64,000 nt of DNA from Candidatus Omnitrophota bacterium. Its GTDB lineage: Bacteria; Omnitrophota; Gorgyraeia; 2-01-FULL-45-10. The stretch spans positions 108,078-172,077 of the forward strand of contig JAPLME010000006.1 of the NCBI GenBank assembly GCA_026387175.1, written 5' to 3'. Position 1 is the first letter of the stretch. The number at the start of each line of letters is the position of its first letter. Below, piece by piece: positions 36,834 to 46,875 of the stretch. A model generated the notes under the pieces. It made no database searches, was not told the DNA's origin, and saw nothing but the letters and a program-made list of their open reading frames with translations. A program made the translations under genes and the position numbers.

Positions 36834-38307
36834 GTGAGGCCTTATTCAGCGTCGAAAGCCTGATAAACGACCTGCACGTCTTGATCAGGACCCCGCGGAA
36901 CTGCGTCAGGGCTATCCGGATAAGCCGTGCGGGATTCCGGATGTTATCCGCAATGAATGCCTTCAGATTAAGCGGCAATATCAGCTTCAGCCGCGCTTCC
37001 AGGTAGAGCCTTTCGAACGTCTCCCGCGGCATATCCGCGTAATTTATATGCGGCATCTCCGGATCGCCTATATCGTCCCATTTCGGGAGAGTTTTCTTAT
37101 CGCGCTTCAGCGCCTCGTAGCTCGACGTGCCGGGAAGTGGCATGAAGATGTTGAAACCCACCATATTCGGTTTCACTCTCTTTATGAACGACAGCGTCTC
37201 TTTGAAATCTTCTTCCTTCTCGCCCGGATATCCGACGATGATATTCGCCTGGAAACGCAGCCGGGCCTTGCGCGTCAGGGTGGCGGCCCTCAGGCTTTCG
37301 TCGATCTTCAGGCGCTTGTTCATAAGGTCCAGCACCCTCTGCGATCCCGATTCGAACCCGTATTCTATGCCGACGCAGCCCGCATCCTTCATGAGGCCAA
37401 GCAGATCATCCGTAATGATGCTCGCTTTTGCCTGCGCCATCCATCGGATCGTCTTATTTAGGCCTTTTTTGATAAATATATTCAGAAGCTCTTCGGCCCT
37501 TTCCTTCGAGCTCAGGAACATGTCTTCCGCGAAATAGAGGGCCTCTATACCGTAGCGCGACACGAGCTCCTCTATCTCCGCCACAACACGCCCGGGCGAA
37601 TGAAAGCGGACCTTACCGCTGAAGATGAGCGGCCCCGCGCAAAAAGTACAGCGGTACGGGCACCCTCTGGCCGTAAAGATCGAAGTTGTCCTTAAACTCA
37701 GGTTCCTTGAAGTGAAGCGGCTTGGCCTGGTATAGAATTTCATATCGAGCAGATGTCGCGCCGGCATGGGTAGATCGTCTATATTCTTGATCACTTCGCG
37801 CGGCGCGGTAGAGGCGACCGAGCCGCCGTCCCTGTAGTATATCCCTTTTATATCTTTCCGGAGAAGGCCTTCCGCGATATCGAGCAATGCGAACTCTCCT
37901 TCGCCCTTCACGACTATATCGACACACGGATTTTCATCGAGACTGAGCGCAGGCTCACCGGAAGGATGCGGGCCGCCCAGGACGATGGCGGCATTACCGC
38001 ACGAGTCCTTAATGAGCTTTGAGATGTGCCCGACATCGGACATATTAGGCGTCGTAGCGCTTATACCGACGAGATCCGAACCGGATGACCGTATCTCGTC
38101 GATCATGATAGCATCGACCTTGTCAAAATCCATCGCGTTCTTCCGCAAGGATGCGTCCCTATCGATGATTCTGACCCGGTGTCCGCCTTTTTCGAGGACT
38201 GCCGCGATATAGGCAAGCCCGAGGGGAGGCCAGAACTGCTTATTCTCGTCTATCCTGCTCCGGTGCTTCGACAGGAGAGGATATATAAGCGTTATATTCA
38301 TCTTCAC
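36823..38307 (-). CDS. B12-binding-domain radical SAM enzyme (class B)
   Basis: MKMNITLIYP...GGHRVRIID; FTARGCPYRCTFCAGP. Confidence 0.8.
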   Translation of the reverse strand: MKMNITLIYPLLSKHRSRIDENKQFWPPLGLAYIAAVLEKGGHRVRIIDRDASLRKNAMDFDKVDAIMIDEIRSSGSDLVGISATTPNMSDVGHISKLIKDSCGNAAIVLGGPHPSGEPALSLDENPCVDIVVKGEGEFALLDIAEGLLRKDIKGIYYRDGGSVASTAPREVIKNIDDLPMPARHLLDMKFYTRPSRFTSRNLSLRTTSIFTARGCPYRCTFCAGPLIFSGKVRFHSPGRVVAEIEELVSRYGIEALYFAEDMFLSSKERAEELLNIFIKKGLNKTIRWMAQAKASIITDDLLGLMKDAGCVGIEYGFESGSQRVLDLMNKRLKIDESLRAATLTRKARLRFQANIIVGYPGEKEEDFKETLSFIKRVKPNMVGFNIFMPLPGTSSYEALKRDKKTLPKWDDIGDPEMPHINYADMPRETFERLYLEARLKLILPLNLKAFIADNIRNPARLIRIALTQFRGVLIKTCRSFIRLSTLNKASHAK

Positions 38308-39626
38308 GCATCCTTGCCGCTGGTGTTGATTATTACAGCTATAACGGGCGAGGCCAATACCAGGAAGAACGGCGTGAAGAGGTCTCTGTGCCTGAATGCC
38401 GCGCCGATATTACCCTCTGCCATCGCATGAACGATCACGCCCGCAAACAGCATAATTCCGATCAAGATGGCCGCCCTTGTCTTGTCGCAGGCAAGCTTGA
38501 AATAACCGAAGACCGCGAGAAAAAGCACAAGATACCACAGGAGCATCTGAGGATAAGCTACGGCCCTCTCGCGGGACGTCATCTGCCACGGAAACGGCGT
38601 AAGCATAAAATAGGAAGTGCTCAGGAAAACCGACTTCAGGAATTCGGGCGGCGGCATCTTGCCGTTCTTTATCGACCTCATGAAATCATCCGAATAAAAA
38701 TGGTAACCCGCGTAGTCGGATTTCGCAATTGTAAACTGCTTCTCTTCACACGCCTGTATCAATTTGATAAGCGGTTTCGTGTTAACGGAAAAGAAGTATA
38801 CGCCGCCTGCCAAAAAAATAATTACCGTCATGGATAAGATAGCCATCCTCGATTTCATATTCAAAACGGTAAAAGCTCTTAACGCCACCGCTGCGGCCAC
38901 CCCTCCCAGGGCAAGCACGAAATGGAAGCGTTGAACGAAAAAATATAGAGTTACTATAGATAAAACCAGGACGCCATATTTCCATATGGCCATTCTGTTA
39001 TATATAAGGGCAACGCATATATAAACACAGACCATAAAAGAGAGTATGGTCAGGGAATCCTTAAGATTCGCGATGGACCACCGTATCAGGGACGGGTAAA
39101 ACATCGATATCAGCATAGCTATCCTGCCCGCCTTCCGGCCGAACAGCTCCTTTCCTATCAAGTATGACATCCACCCTATCAGGGTACCTATGATGCAATT
39201 TATGATCTTGACGGACATCGGATGGAAACCGAATACTTTATAAAAAAGCGCCATAATAAAAGTAAACGGGTTAACTCCGTACTCTAATGAGCCGCTAAGG
39301 TCCTGCACCCAGGAGTAAGGCTTCCCTTCCCATTTGAAGACGATCGCCCAGCTTCTGACGGTATAAAGCAGATCGTCCCCGGAGGTAGCTCCCTCGTATC
39401 CCTTGAGATAACTGAACGCATGCAGCGACATGGCTACGCCAAGGCGTATCAGGAAACCGGCTATAAGCACTGAAAGTATAAATCTCCTGTCCTCCAACGG
39501 CGCGTTTTTTAAGATAAGGTAACAGACCGACCCGAAGACAATTAAAAGAAATACCGCGCCGGTGAAAAAGAAGCTCGCAGTAGCAAGAGATATAGCGATC
39601 AAAACAACGTATAATTTATCTCTCAT
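38304..39626 (-). CDS. GT-C fold polytopic membrane glycosyltransferase (PMT_2/ArnT-like), partner of the upstream GT2
   Basis: At least 11 predicted TM helices. Periplasmic loop YEGATSGDDLLY. Positioned immediately after a GtrB/ArnC-type GT2, the classic polyprenyl-P-sugar synthase plus GT-C pair. Confidence 0.45.
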   Translation of the reverse strand: MRDKLYVVLIAISLATASFFFTGAVFLLIVFGSVCYLILKNAPLEDRRFILSVLIAGFLIRLGVAMSLHAFSYLKGYEGATSGDDLLYTVRSWAIVFKWEGKPYSWVQDLSGSLEYGVNPFTFIMALFYKVFGFHPMSVKIINCIIGTLIGWMSYLIGKELFGRKAGRIAMLISMFYPSLIRWSIANLKDSLTILSFMVCVYICVALIYNRMAIWKYGVLVLSIVTLYFFVQRFHFVLALGGVAAAVALRAFTVLNMKSRMAILSMTVIIFLAGGVYFFSVNTKPLIKLIQACEEKQFTIAKSDYAGYHFYSDDFMRSIKNGKMPPPEFLKSVFLSTSYFMLTPFPWQMTSRERAVAYPQMLLWYLVLFLAVFGYFKLACDKTRAAILIGIMLFAGVIVHAMAEGNIGAAFRHRDLFTPFFLVLASPVIAVIINTSGKDA

Positions 39627-39633
39627 AAAGACG

Positions 39634-40593
39634 TTAGCCCCATAACTTTACGCCGAGCCTTCCCGTTAAATACCTGGCCCATCCCGCGAACATGGCGCAA
39701 TCTATGCTAAATATCAGGAACCCGGATATCACGGCATATGCCGGAACATTCATGAGCTTGAAATATGGCTCGTTGATGTTAATAAGTATTTTTTTTATCA
39801 CTCTTGCCGCAAAACCGATAACCGGTAAAATAAAAAATATGGGCGACATGAAAGCACCCAATAGGATGCAAATAAACACGGCGATATACATCTTTAATAC
39901 GGGTATGTGCCAATCTCTCGAGCGGCCGGCCCTCATATCATGATATGAGTAGCTGCAGAATCTCCGGATAACTCTCTTGAGGTTTTCCGGAATATCCCAT
40001 ATCACAAAGGCCTTCGGATTATATAAAACTTTGAACCCCTTATCTTCGACTCTCTCCATAAATATCCTGTCCTCCGCGGCCCTCAGGTCCGGAAAGGCCC
40101 CCACCCCTTCCCATACGGATCTCTTCATAAGCGAAGAGGCGATGAAGCGCGTTCTCATGCAAACGCCGTTCCTCGAGGTGAACGGCGGGACTACTGCTAT
40201 CGCCAGGCATTCCTTAAATAACGTATCGGTCCTCGGAAAATAGCTGCCGTATACTACATCGCAGGAGGCGTCCTTTTCCATAAAAGAATTTAGCTCTTTC
40301 AGCCAATCGTTATCGAGCTCTATTCCCCCATCGGTAAACGCGATCAGGTCATGCTTCGCCTCTTTGATGCCTGCGTTTCTTGCCTTGCCGGGGTAGGCCG
40401 GACCTATCGAAATGACCTTGACCGCAAGCTTATCGTCTTTACGTGTTTCTATCAGATACCGCGTCTTATCGGCCGATCCGGCGTCGATAAATATGACTTC
40501 GTCGGGGGATCTCGTCTGTCCGGCAATGGACGCAAGCAGCCTCGATATGCTGCGCTCTTCGTCTCTGACCGGGATAACTAATGAGATATTCAT
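39634..40593 (-). CDS. GT2 polyprenyl-phosphate sugar synthase (GtrB/ArnC-like, with C-terminal TM helices)
   Basis: ISLVIPVRDEERSI, VIFIDAGSADKT, TDGGIELDNDW. Two C-terminal TM segments (IAVFICILLGAFMSPIFFILPVIGF...). Confidence 0.8.
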   Translation of the reverse strand: MNISLVIPVRDEERSISRLLASIAGQTRSPDEVIFIDAGSADKTRYLIETRKDDKLAVKVISIGPAYPGKARNAGIKEAKHDLIAFTDGGIELDNDWLKELNSFMEKDASCDVVYGSYFPRTDTLFKECLAIAVVPPFTSRNGVCMRTRFIASSLMKRSVWEGVGAFPDLRAAEDRIFMERVEDKGFKVLYNPKAFVIWDIPENLKRVIRRFCSYSYHDMRAGRSRDWHIPVLKMYIAVFICILLGAFMSPIFFILPVIGFAARVIKKILININEPYFKLMNVPAYAVISGFLIFSIDCAMFAGWARYLTGRLGVKLWG

Positions 40594-40599
40594 AGCTCT

Positions 40600-41664
40600 T
40601 TAAGTCCTGTGAGCTTCCTTTCTGTGTCCTTTAAATATATCCTCTATTATCCTGCTTACATCGTATTTGAACTGCCACGACGGATAGTGCTCCTTAAACT
40701 TCGAAACATCCGATATCCACCATATGTGGTCGCCTATCCTGTTCTTATCTACATATTCATAATTGAACTTTTTACCGCAGATCTTCTCGCATAGTTCTAT
40801 CGCCTCAAGCACCGAGCAATTCGAGAACCTTGAGCCACCCATATTATAGACCTCACCCTGGCGGGGCTTGAGATAGAAATGATAAAAGGCGTTTACGAGG
40901 TCTTGAGAGTGTATGTTATCGCGCACCTGTTTCCCTTTATAGCCGTAGACCGTATATCTCTTGCCTTCGATACAGCATTTTACCAGATACGCCAGAAAAC
41001 CGTGAAGTTCTGCGCCCGAATGAGCGGGCCCCGTGAGGCATCCGCATCTGAATGCGGCCGTATTGAGGCCAAAGTACCTTCCGTACTCCTGCACAAGCAT
41101 ATCCGCGGCGACCTTAGAAGCGCCGAACAGGCTGTGGAGGCAATTATCTATGCTCATCGACTCATCGATACCGTTATAATACTTGTGGTCCTTGCGTAAT
41201 TCGTAGCGTTTATCAAGCTCTACCAGAGGAAGCGAATTCGGGTTATCACCGTAGACTTTGTTCGTCGAAGTGAATATAAAAGCGGCCGCGGGAGCGAAGC
41301 GCCTGAAAGATTCAAGAAGCACCAATGTGCCATCGGCATTTATGCTGAAATCCGTATATGGATCGCGCGCCGCCCAGTCATGCGACGGCTGCGCCGCGGT
41401 ATGCACTATAAGGTCGAAACTGTATTCGCCAAACAGTTTCTCGATGGCGGACCTGTCCCTTATATCGGCATCATAATGGGTATAATCGGCGACCGTTTCG
41501 ATGAGCAGCTTCTTGTTCCAGTTAACAGAGGCCTCCTCTCCAAAGAACGACCTGCGCATGTCATTATCTACCCCGACTATCTTGAACCCTTTCTGAGAAA
41601 AAAACTTGACGCACTCAGACCCTACCAGGCCCGCCGAACCTGTGATTAGCGCTATTTTACTCAT
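40600..41664 (-). CDS. NAD-dependent nucleotide-sugar epimerase, CDP-paratose 2-epimerase (Tyv/RfbE)-like extended SDR
   Basis: [42 protein letters not shown]; colinear with Tyv. Confidence 0.65.
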   Translation of the reverse strand: MSKIALITGSAGLVGSECVKFFSQKGFKIVGVDNDMRRSFFGEEASVNWNKKLLIETVADYTHYDADIRDRSAIEKLFGEYSFDLIVHTAAQPSHDWAARDPYTDFSINADGTLVLLESFRRFAPAAAFIFTSTNKVYGDNPNSLPLVELDKRYELRKDHKYYNGIDESMSIDNCLHSLFGASKVAADMLVQEYGRYFGLNTAAFRCGCLTGPAHSGAELHGFLAYLVKCCIEGKRYTVYGYKGKQVRDNIHSQDLVNAFYHFYLKPRQGEVYNMGGSRFSNCSVLEAIELCEKICGKKFNYEYVDKNRIGDHIWWISDVSKFKEHYPSWQFKYDVSRIIEDIFKGHRKEAHRT

Positions 41665-41709
41665 ATTTTATGGCATCCCATTTCTCAAATTTCCTTATGT
41701 TTTCATATC

Positions 41710-41727
41710 GTTTAGAACGTTTTAAAC
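41710..41727. promoter_or_regulatory. Inverted repeat GTTTAG-N6-TTAAAC (second copy of the candidate operator)
   Basis: 5 of 6 arm positions match, with the same 6-bp spacing as the copy at 33284..33301, and it has the same placement downstream of a -10 element. Confidence 0.4.
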
Positions 41728-41736
41728 ATTCTGTGA

Positions 41737-41766
41737 ATTGTACCCTATTCACATACCGATTGTCAA
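41737..41766 (-). promoter_or_regulatory. Sigma70-like promoter (TTGACA-N18-TACAAT on the minus strand) in the 119-bp gap upstream of 40600..41664
   Basis: The -35 is the reverse complement of 41761-41766 and the -10 is the reverse complement of 41737-41742. It is followed by the inverted repeat at 41710..41727. Confidence 0.45.
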
Positions 41767-41783
41767 CATGCTTTAATCTTGGA

Positions 41784-43169
41784 CTATGAGAAAAAGCATT
41801 TATTGCATATCGGGATCTTGCCATGCAGCATATTTTTGCGAAACCGCCTGTATTTCGGCGAGTTCCAGATATCCCTTATGGAAACATCTCGATCTATCTT
41901 CAATCCGTCCAAAAGGACCGTATTGAAGTCTATGCAGCATGGGGTGACGTTTCCGTTACACATGATTGAAATGGCCCTGTAGGCCCAACCGCACAAATTC
42001 TTTTTTCCTTCTATTATGGCTTTCTTATCCTTCTCGTTCAGCGTAAGGTCCTTTTGCAGCGGAGCTATCGAATATCCGTCCTCATCCGATAAACCGGTAA
42101 ATTCATGGAAAAAGCCTTTAAAGAGCAGCCTGTCCGCACCCAGCTCCTCCTTAAGCCTCTTAGCGCCTCCTTTCTGGCTCTCCGAATACCTTGTAAGGAT
42201 CATCTGGACGACTACCTCCGGCTTTAAGAGGCCCTTCTCCTTTTTTGCGGCGGTGAGGTTCTTTACAAATTCGAAGACAAGCTCAAAATTTCCGCCCTTC
42301 CTGAAGCTCTCGTATGCTGTCTTGTCCGTCCCGTCGACCGAAATACTGATCAGGTCCACACCTGTTCCTAACAGCCTGCGAACCAATTCTTTCGAGTCCG
42401 GTATATTGCCGTTTGTGTGCAGCTCTATGCGCGTGTAAGGAGATGATATCCTGCGCAGCTTTTTCAGGTAATCGATCATCTTATTATTCAAAAGCGGCTC
42501 GCCGAAGATGAAGGGATATATCGTGTCGAAATATCTGAAATTTATCCTGTTCTTTTCCGTTATATTGTCGAATAGCTCCTGCGGTATAAGCATCGGCGGC
42601 CTGTTAAGCTGCCCGAGGCCGGTAGGGCAACCCCTGCATTGCAGATTGCATATAGTGGTCGTCTCGATCGATATCTCCGAAGGGAACCCCAGGCTCACTC
42701 CCATCCTGAATCCCATCGAAATATGTATCAGTATCTTATTCACAAAAAAATAGAGCTTCTTCCGGAATGTTGCGAGAAATTGCCCCTTTGTTATGGCCCG
42801 CACTATCTCTTTGCTGCCGAAATCTATCATGAATATCTTTTTAAAGTTCATGAACAACAGCAGGAAAGCGGTATTAAGGCTGAAGCCGTAATCTATTATA
42901 GCGGCATCGAAGCCCATCCCTTTAAATATCTTCAATTGTTTCACAACTGAGGGTGCGCCTTTAGGCTCAAGGCTTGCCAGCTCAAGGACCGTTATTCCAA
43001 AGTCGTGATTTTTTGCCACATCTTCGGTGTTCGCGGTGATAAGCGTTATATCGTTTTCGGGAAAATATTTTCTGGCAACGGTTGCCGACGTATAGGCCCA
43101 GGAATAATTCGAAAAAAGGGCTATCTTCTTAAGGTTACTCATTTGCTCAGGGGCCTCCATGTCGATCAT
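41784..43169 (-). CDS. Radical SAM / SPASM-domain protein with an about 165-aa N-terminal extension of unknown function
   Basis: ETTTICNLQCRGCPTG radical SAM motif. C-terminal CGWAYRAISIMCNGNVTPCCIDFN...CNKCFFS auxiliary-cluster region. The N-terminal 165 aa has alternating beta-alpha character and no recognised motif. Confidence 0.6.
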   Translation of the reverse strand: MIDMEAPEQMSNLKKIALFSNYSWAYTSATVARKYFPENDITLITANTEDVAKNHDFGITVLELASLEPKGAPSVVKQLKIFKGMGFDAAIIDYGFSLNTAFLLLFMNFKKIFMIDFGSKEIVRAITKGQFLATFRKKLYFFVNKILIHISMGFRMGVSLGFPSEISIETTTICNLQCRGCPTGLGQLNRPPMLIPQELFDNITEKNRINFRYFDTIYPFIFGEPLLNNKMIDYLKKLRRISSPYTRIELHTNGNIPDSKELVRRLLGTGVDLISISVDGTDKTAYESFRKGGNFELVFEFVKNLTAAKKEKGLLKPEVVVQMILTRYSESQKGGAKRLKEELGADRLLFKGFFHEFTGLSDEDGYSIAPLQKDLTLNEKDKKAIIEGKKNLCGWAYRAISIMCNGNVTPCCIDFNTVLLDGLKIDRDVSIRDIWNSPKYRRFRKNMLHGKIPICNKCFFS

Positions 43170-44647
43170 TTTCCTTTCTTATTAAAGTATACCGATACGG
43201 CCTCGGCGCATCTCCTCGCCTCGTCCTTTGAAATAGTGAGCGCGATCCATCCCAGGCCGACTGCTATCTTTATAATAACACTGCCGATATTCACATCCGG
43301 TATGAAATATATAATTCCAAGAAATACCACGCTCTTCATGATCCGCGCGATATTATTCCCTGTTAATACAAATCCCGTGTCATACTTCGAATAGATCATG
43401 TAGACCGCCACAAGCATAAGATTCGTGAACGCGATAGACAGGTTAAGGCTGCGAAAACCGATTATGGAAAAATGTGTTAATGTCAGGTATGACAACAATA
43501 GCACCGCATTATATCCTATCGTCGAAATAAGTATAACCCCCTTAAACTGCTTTCGGGCCATCAGGGCCGTACTGAACATACAGAAGAGTATAAAAAATAT
43601 ATCTCCTATGGCCTGAATTGCCAGAAGATCATATGCTTTCATAAATTGCCCGGAAAACAAAATAAGGATGATATATTTCCTGAAGATGATACAGCCGGCC
43701 GCTATCGCCGTAGAAACAAGGACAGCAAACCGCACAAACTGGTTCAGCTCCCGGTTGATGTCCTTATTATCTTTTAAGGCGCACATCTCAGGATAGAAAT
43801 GCCCCCAGATGCCATTCGTCACAAAAGGAAGATAGTAAGCGCTTATACCATAAGCGACCTGGTAATATCCGTTCGCGTCCGCGCTATATTGTTTCATAAA
43901 AAGGCTTCTCAGGTAAAGAATAACGAACATATTAACGTTAGCCGGTATAAAAGATATGAGCCCGTATTTAAAAAGCTGCTTCGAAACCGCACGCGATTCT
44001 TTGTCCTTGAACAGTCCCCATCGGATCCTCGGCGCTAACGCTATCTTATTCTTGAGGAAATACGACGCCATGCCGAACCCTATAGCAGAAACTATAAGTA
44101 TCTGTACAAGCACCCCATCCACTCTGTAAAAGTAAACGGCCGCTATAAGAATAACGAGCGTTGCCACCGTATACCAGATCATCAGCTTCGTGTACTCAGC
44201 AATCTTTCTGAACCCGTAAAAAATAGGATCGGCCATGCCGATCATATATAGCGCAAGCGGAGTTACCAGGGTAATGCCCACAAAATATATCCAGTACCTG
44301 CTGTCCGAAAAAACGAATTTCGTAAGGTCTTTTGAAAAAGGCAATACCGCGGCTATGAGCAGTAAGGATGCCGCAAGTTGAAATGTACCGGCTGTATTGA
44401 TTATGAGCGGTATCTTATCTTCTCTCTTTTCCGCAATGCTTTCAGAGATATATTTAGTTATGCCCATACCCATATTAAGCGAACAGAATTGTATCGTAAG
44501 GCCGGAGTACATGAGGGCCTGGCTGATGACCCCGACGCCGGCAGGGCCCAGATAACATGCAAGAAATTTCGCCCGGATCGCGCCGGCGAATATCTTGACA
44601 AGCGTAGCTACGCCCAAAATCGAAGCGACCTTTAATATCCTTCTCAT
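43166..44647 (-). CDS. wzx: Wzx-like polysaccharide flippase (MOP/PST family)
   Basis: About 14 TM helices. N-terminal ARFLACYLGPAGVGVISQ matches the PST-family RxLGPxxxG motif. Confidence 0.6.
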   Translation of the reverse strand: MRRILKVASILGVATLVKIFAGAIRAKFLACYLGPAGVGVISQALMYSGLTIQFCSLNMGMGITKYISESIAEKREDKIPLIINTAGTFQLAASLLLIAAVLPFSKDLTKFVFSDSRYWIYFVGITLVTPLALYMIGMADPIFYGFRKIAEYTKLMIWYTVATLVILIAAVYFYRVDGVLVQILIVSAIGFGMASYFLKNKIALAPRIRWGLFKDKESRAVSKQLFKYGLISFIPANVNMFVILYLRSLFMKQYSADANGYYQVAYGISAYYLPFVTNGIWGHFYPEMCALKDNKDINRELNQFVRFAVLVSTAIAAGCIIFRKYIILILFSGQFMKAYDLLAIQAIGDIFFILFCMFSTALMARKQFKGVILISTIGYNAVLLLSYLTLTHFSIIGFRSLNLSIAFTNLMLVAVYMIYSKYDTGFVLTGNNIARIMKSVVFLGIIYFIPDVNIGSVIIKIAVGLGWIALTISKDEARRCAEAVSVYFNKKGK

Positions 44648-45951
44648 ATGCTCATAAGGCTGTCATATATCGTCTTCTCATTCTCGATCGATCTTTCCCG
44701 CGAATAACCGGATACGGCGGCCTTGCGGCAATAATCGCCCATCGCGAGCCTGAGCGATTCATCCTTCAGGATATCGACGGCCTTTTCCGCCATGGTTCGG
44801 ACATCACGAAAAGGAACTATGTACCCCATCTTACCGTCTTCGAGGAACTCCCCGTGCCAGTCAAAATCATAAGTGACGATCGGCGTCGACGCGAGCGCTG
44901 ATTCCACCAGCGTAACGCCGCCATGCGGGGCGAGCAGGAGATCCGCCGTATAAAGAATATCGATAAGCTCTTCGTACTTCTTCGGTCCAAGGAAGATAAC
45001 GCTCTCCTGGAGCCCTTCCCGGCGGGCCATCTCCTTCAGCGGTTCCTCCAATATCCCTGAGCCGGCCACGAGGAGCACGGCGTCGCCGACCGATCGCCTT
45101 ATGATGGCGAGCGCCTTTAATGCGTCTTCAGGATATTTGACCGGATGCAGCCTGCCGACGTAAAGCAGGATCTTTTTATTATCCAGGCCCATCGCGCCTT
45201 TCAGGTCTTTTCTGGAATCCGGATCGCTGTAGTGCAGCCTCTCGACGCGGACTCCGAACGCCCTGTACTTCCTCAGGCTCCTTTTCGGGAAACTCGCCGA
45301 CTTTGAATAGAACTTCCTGTCCGCCATCACTATGTCATATGAATTTATTATGGCGGACTCGAAAAGCTTCTCCAGCCCTCTTGAAATGAATATGGGAGCC
45401 GACACCTTCCCCGTCCCCCGATACTTCATGCCGAAATCGGAGTTCATGTGCAGCACGCATGGAAGCCTGAACCATCGGGAGACCATAAGGCCGTTGAAGC
45501 CCAGGAGATGCGGGTCGTGCGCTTTAACGAAACTTATATTTTCACGCCGCGCTATCCGGAACGCCGCTGCCAATATCTTCAGCTCGGTGAAGAGCATGCT
45601 CATCATGGTAAATCCGGAATTATACAATGTATTGTCGGGATGCGCGGCCACACTGTAAAAAAATATCTTATCCTCCATCTTCTCGAACCTGTCATACCTG
45701 TTATTAAAATCCAGATAGATGTAGTGGTGCTTCGAAATATAACCGTTCAGGAGCGCATCCTCGAACATGCTCGAATATTTATTGCTTATGAGGTCGAATA
45801 CGGCGAATGAGAGCTCATTGACGGGCCCCGCGCCATGTCTTTTCTTCTTAAAAAAAGCGAGCGCGGCAAACGCTGCGGCCGTAATAATGCCGAAGATGAC
45901 GCCGAACAGGACAAATGCCGCCCTATCGCAGATCTGTATTACTCTCTTCAC
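44644..45951 (-). CDS. GT4 family (GT-B) glycosyltransferase with N-terminal TM anchor
   Basis: ILLYVGRLHPVKYPEDALKA...VLLVAGSG...GGVTLVESALASTPIV pattern of the GT4 C-domain. Confidence 0.75.
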   Translation of the reverse strand: MKRVIQICDRAAFVLFGVIFGIITAAAFAALAFFKKKRHGAGPVNELSFAVFDLISNKYSSMFEDALLNGYISKHHYIYLDFNNRYDRFEKMEDKIFFYSVAAHPDNTLYNSGFTMMSMLFTELKILAAAFRIARRENISFVKAHDPHLLGFNGLMVSRWFRLPCVLHMNSDFGMKYRGTGKVSAPIFISRGLEKLFESAIINSYDIVMADRKFYSKSASFPKRSLRKYRAFGVRVERLHYSDPDSRKDLKGAMGLDNKKILLYVGRLHPVKYPEDALKALAIIRRSVGDAVLLVAGSGILEEPLKEMARREGLQESVIFLGPKKYEELIDILYTADLLLAPHGGVTLVESALASTPIVTYDFDWHGEFLEDGKMGYIVPFRDVRTMAEKAVDILKDESLRLAMGDYCRKAAVSGYSRERSIENEKTIYDSLMSI

Positions 45952-45954
45952 TCT

Positions 45955-46875
45955 TCAGCCCTTCTCGATTACCAGCCCTATAGAGTACCCGATATTTTTT
46001 ATCAATGGGAGGCCGCCGAGCCTGTCATTAAGATAGTGCGATCGGTGAGATAGAAACCTGACTACCGAAGTCCCCAGAATATCGAAAACCCCCAGCGGCA
46101 GTATCTGTGTGGAAAAAGTGTTCACCACTTTAAACCCGTTCCTCTCGAATAACTTTTTCCATGAACCCGGCGTATGCCTGAACATCTCTTCCATAAAACT
46201 TTTGTATGCGCCGTCCGGCCTCAACAATAACTGGTCTCTCAGCGCCGCGAGTTTATCCTGTGCGCAGGCGCTCTGAGGGCAGCCAGCGCCGCCCTGCGCG
46301 GCCGATACCGCTTTCGCATGGCCGCTCTTGAATATACGGGACAGGATCCGCTGTGCCGCATATTTATACTTCATAATGGGCGAGAAGACGCGCTCCATAA
46401 AATTTGGCACCACCATTATAATACGGCCATCGTCAGTCAGCACCCGGTGCATTTCCATAAGGGCTTTATCCTTATTCTTCACGTACTGCAGCGCGTACTC
46501 CGAGAATATGAGGCGGAACGATCCGTCCTTGAAGGGCAGCGTTTCAGCTGAACCCCCGGTGACATGCACATTTATGCTATTCAATCTCTTCACAAGCTCA
46601 TTAGCGGCCCCTATGCCCATCGAATGGCTCACAGGATCCTTGAGCGGCAAATCGAACGCCTCCACCCTCTTCGCCTTCTCGGACAGGAGCAAAGCCGTAA
46701 AACCGTTACCGCATCCTATCTCCAATACCGAATCGGCATCGCCGCATCCGGAAAAACGAAGTATCGTCCTTAACTCTCTCGCCTTGGATTCGAAATAGTC
46801 ATGCCACGGCTGAAGGTCGGAAGCCTCCGCCTTAGCCTTATAGAGCGTATCATCTATCCACTTATCGCTTATCAT
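45955..46875 (-). CDS. Class I SAM-dependent methyltransferase
   Basis: VLEIGCGNGFTALLL, RLIFSEYALQYV, DDGRIIMVVPN. Confidence 0.7.
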   Translation of the reverse strand: MISDKWIDDTLYKAKAEASDLQPWHDYFESKARELRTILRFSGCGDADSVLEIGCGNGFTALLLSEKAKRVEAFDLPLKDPVSHSMGIGAANELVKRLNSINVHVTGGSAETLPFKDGSFRLIFSEYALQYVKNKDKALMEMHRVLTDDGRIIMVVPNFMERVFSPIMKYKYAAQRILSRIFKSGHAKAVSAAQGGAGCPQSACAQDKLAALRDQLLLRPDGAYKSFMEEMFRHTPGSWKKLFERNGFKVVNTFSTQILPLGVFDILGTSVVRFLSHRSHYLNDRLGGLPLIKNIGYSIGLVIEKG

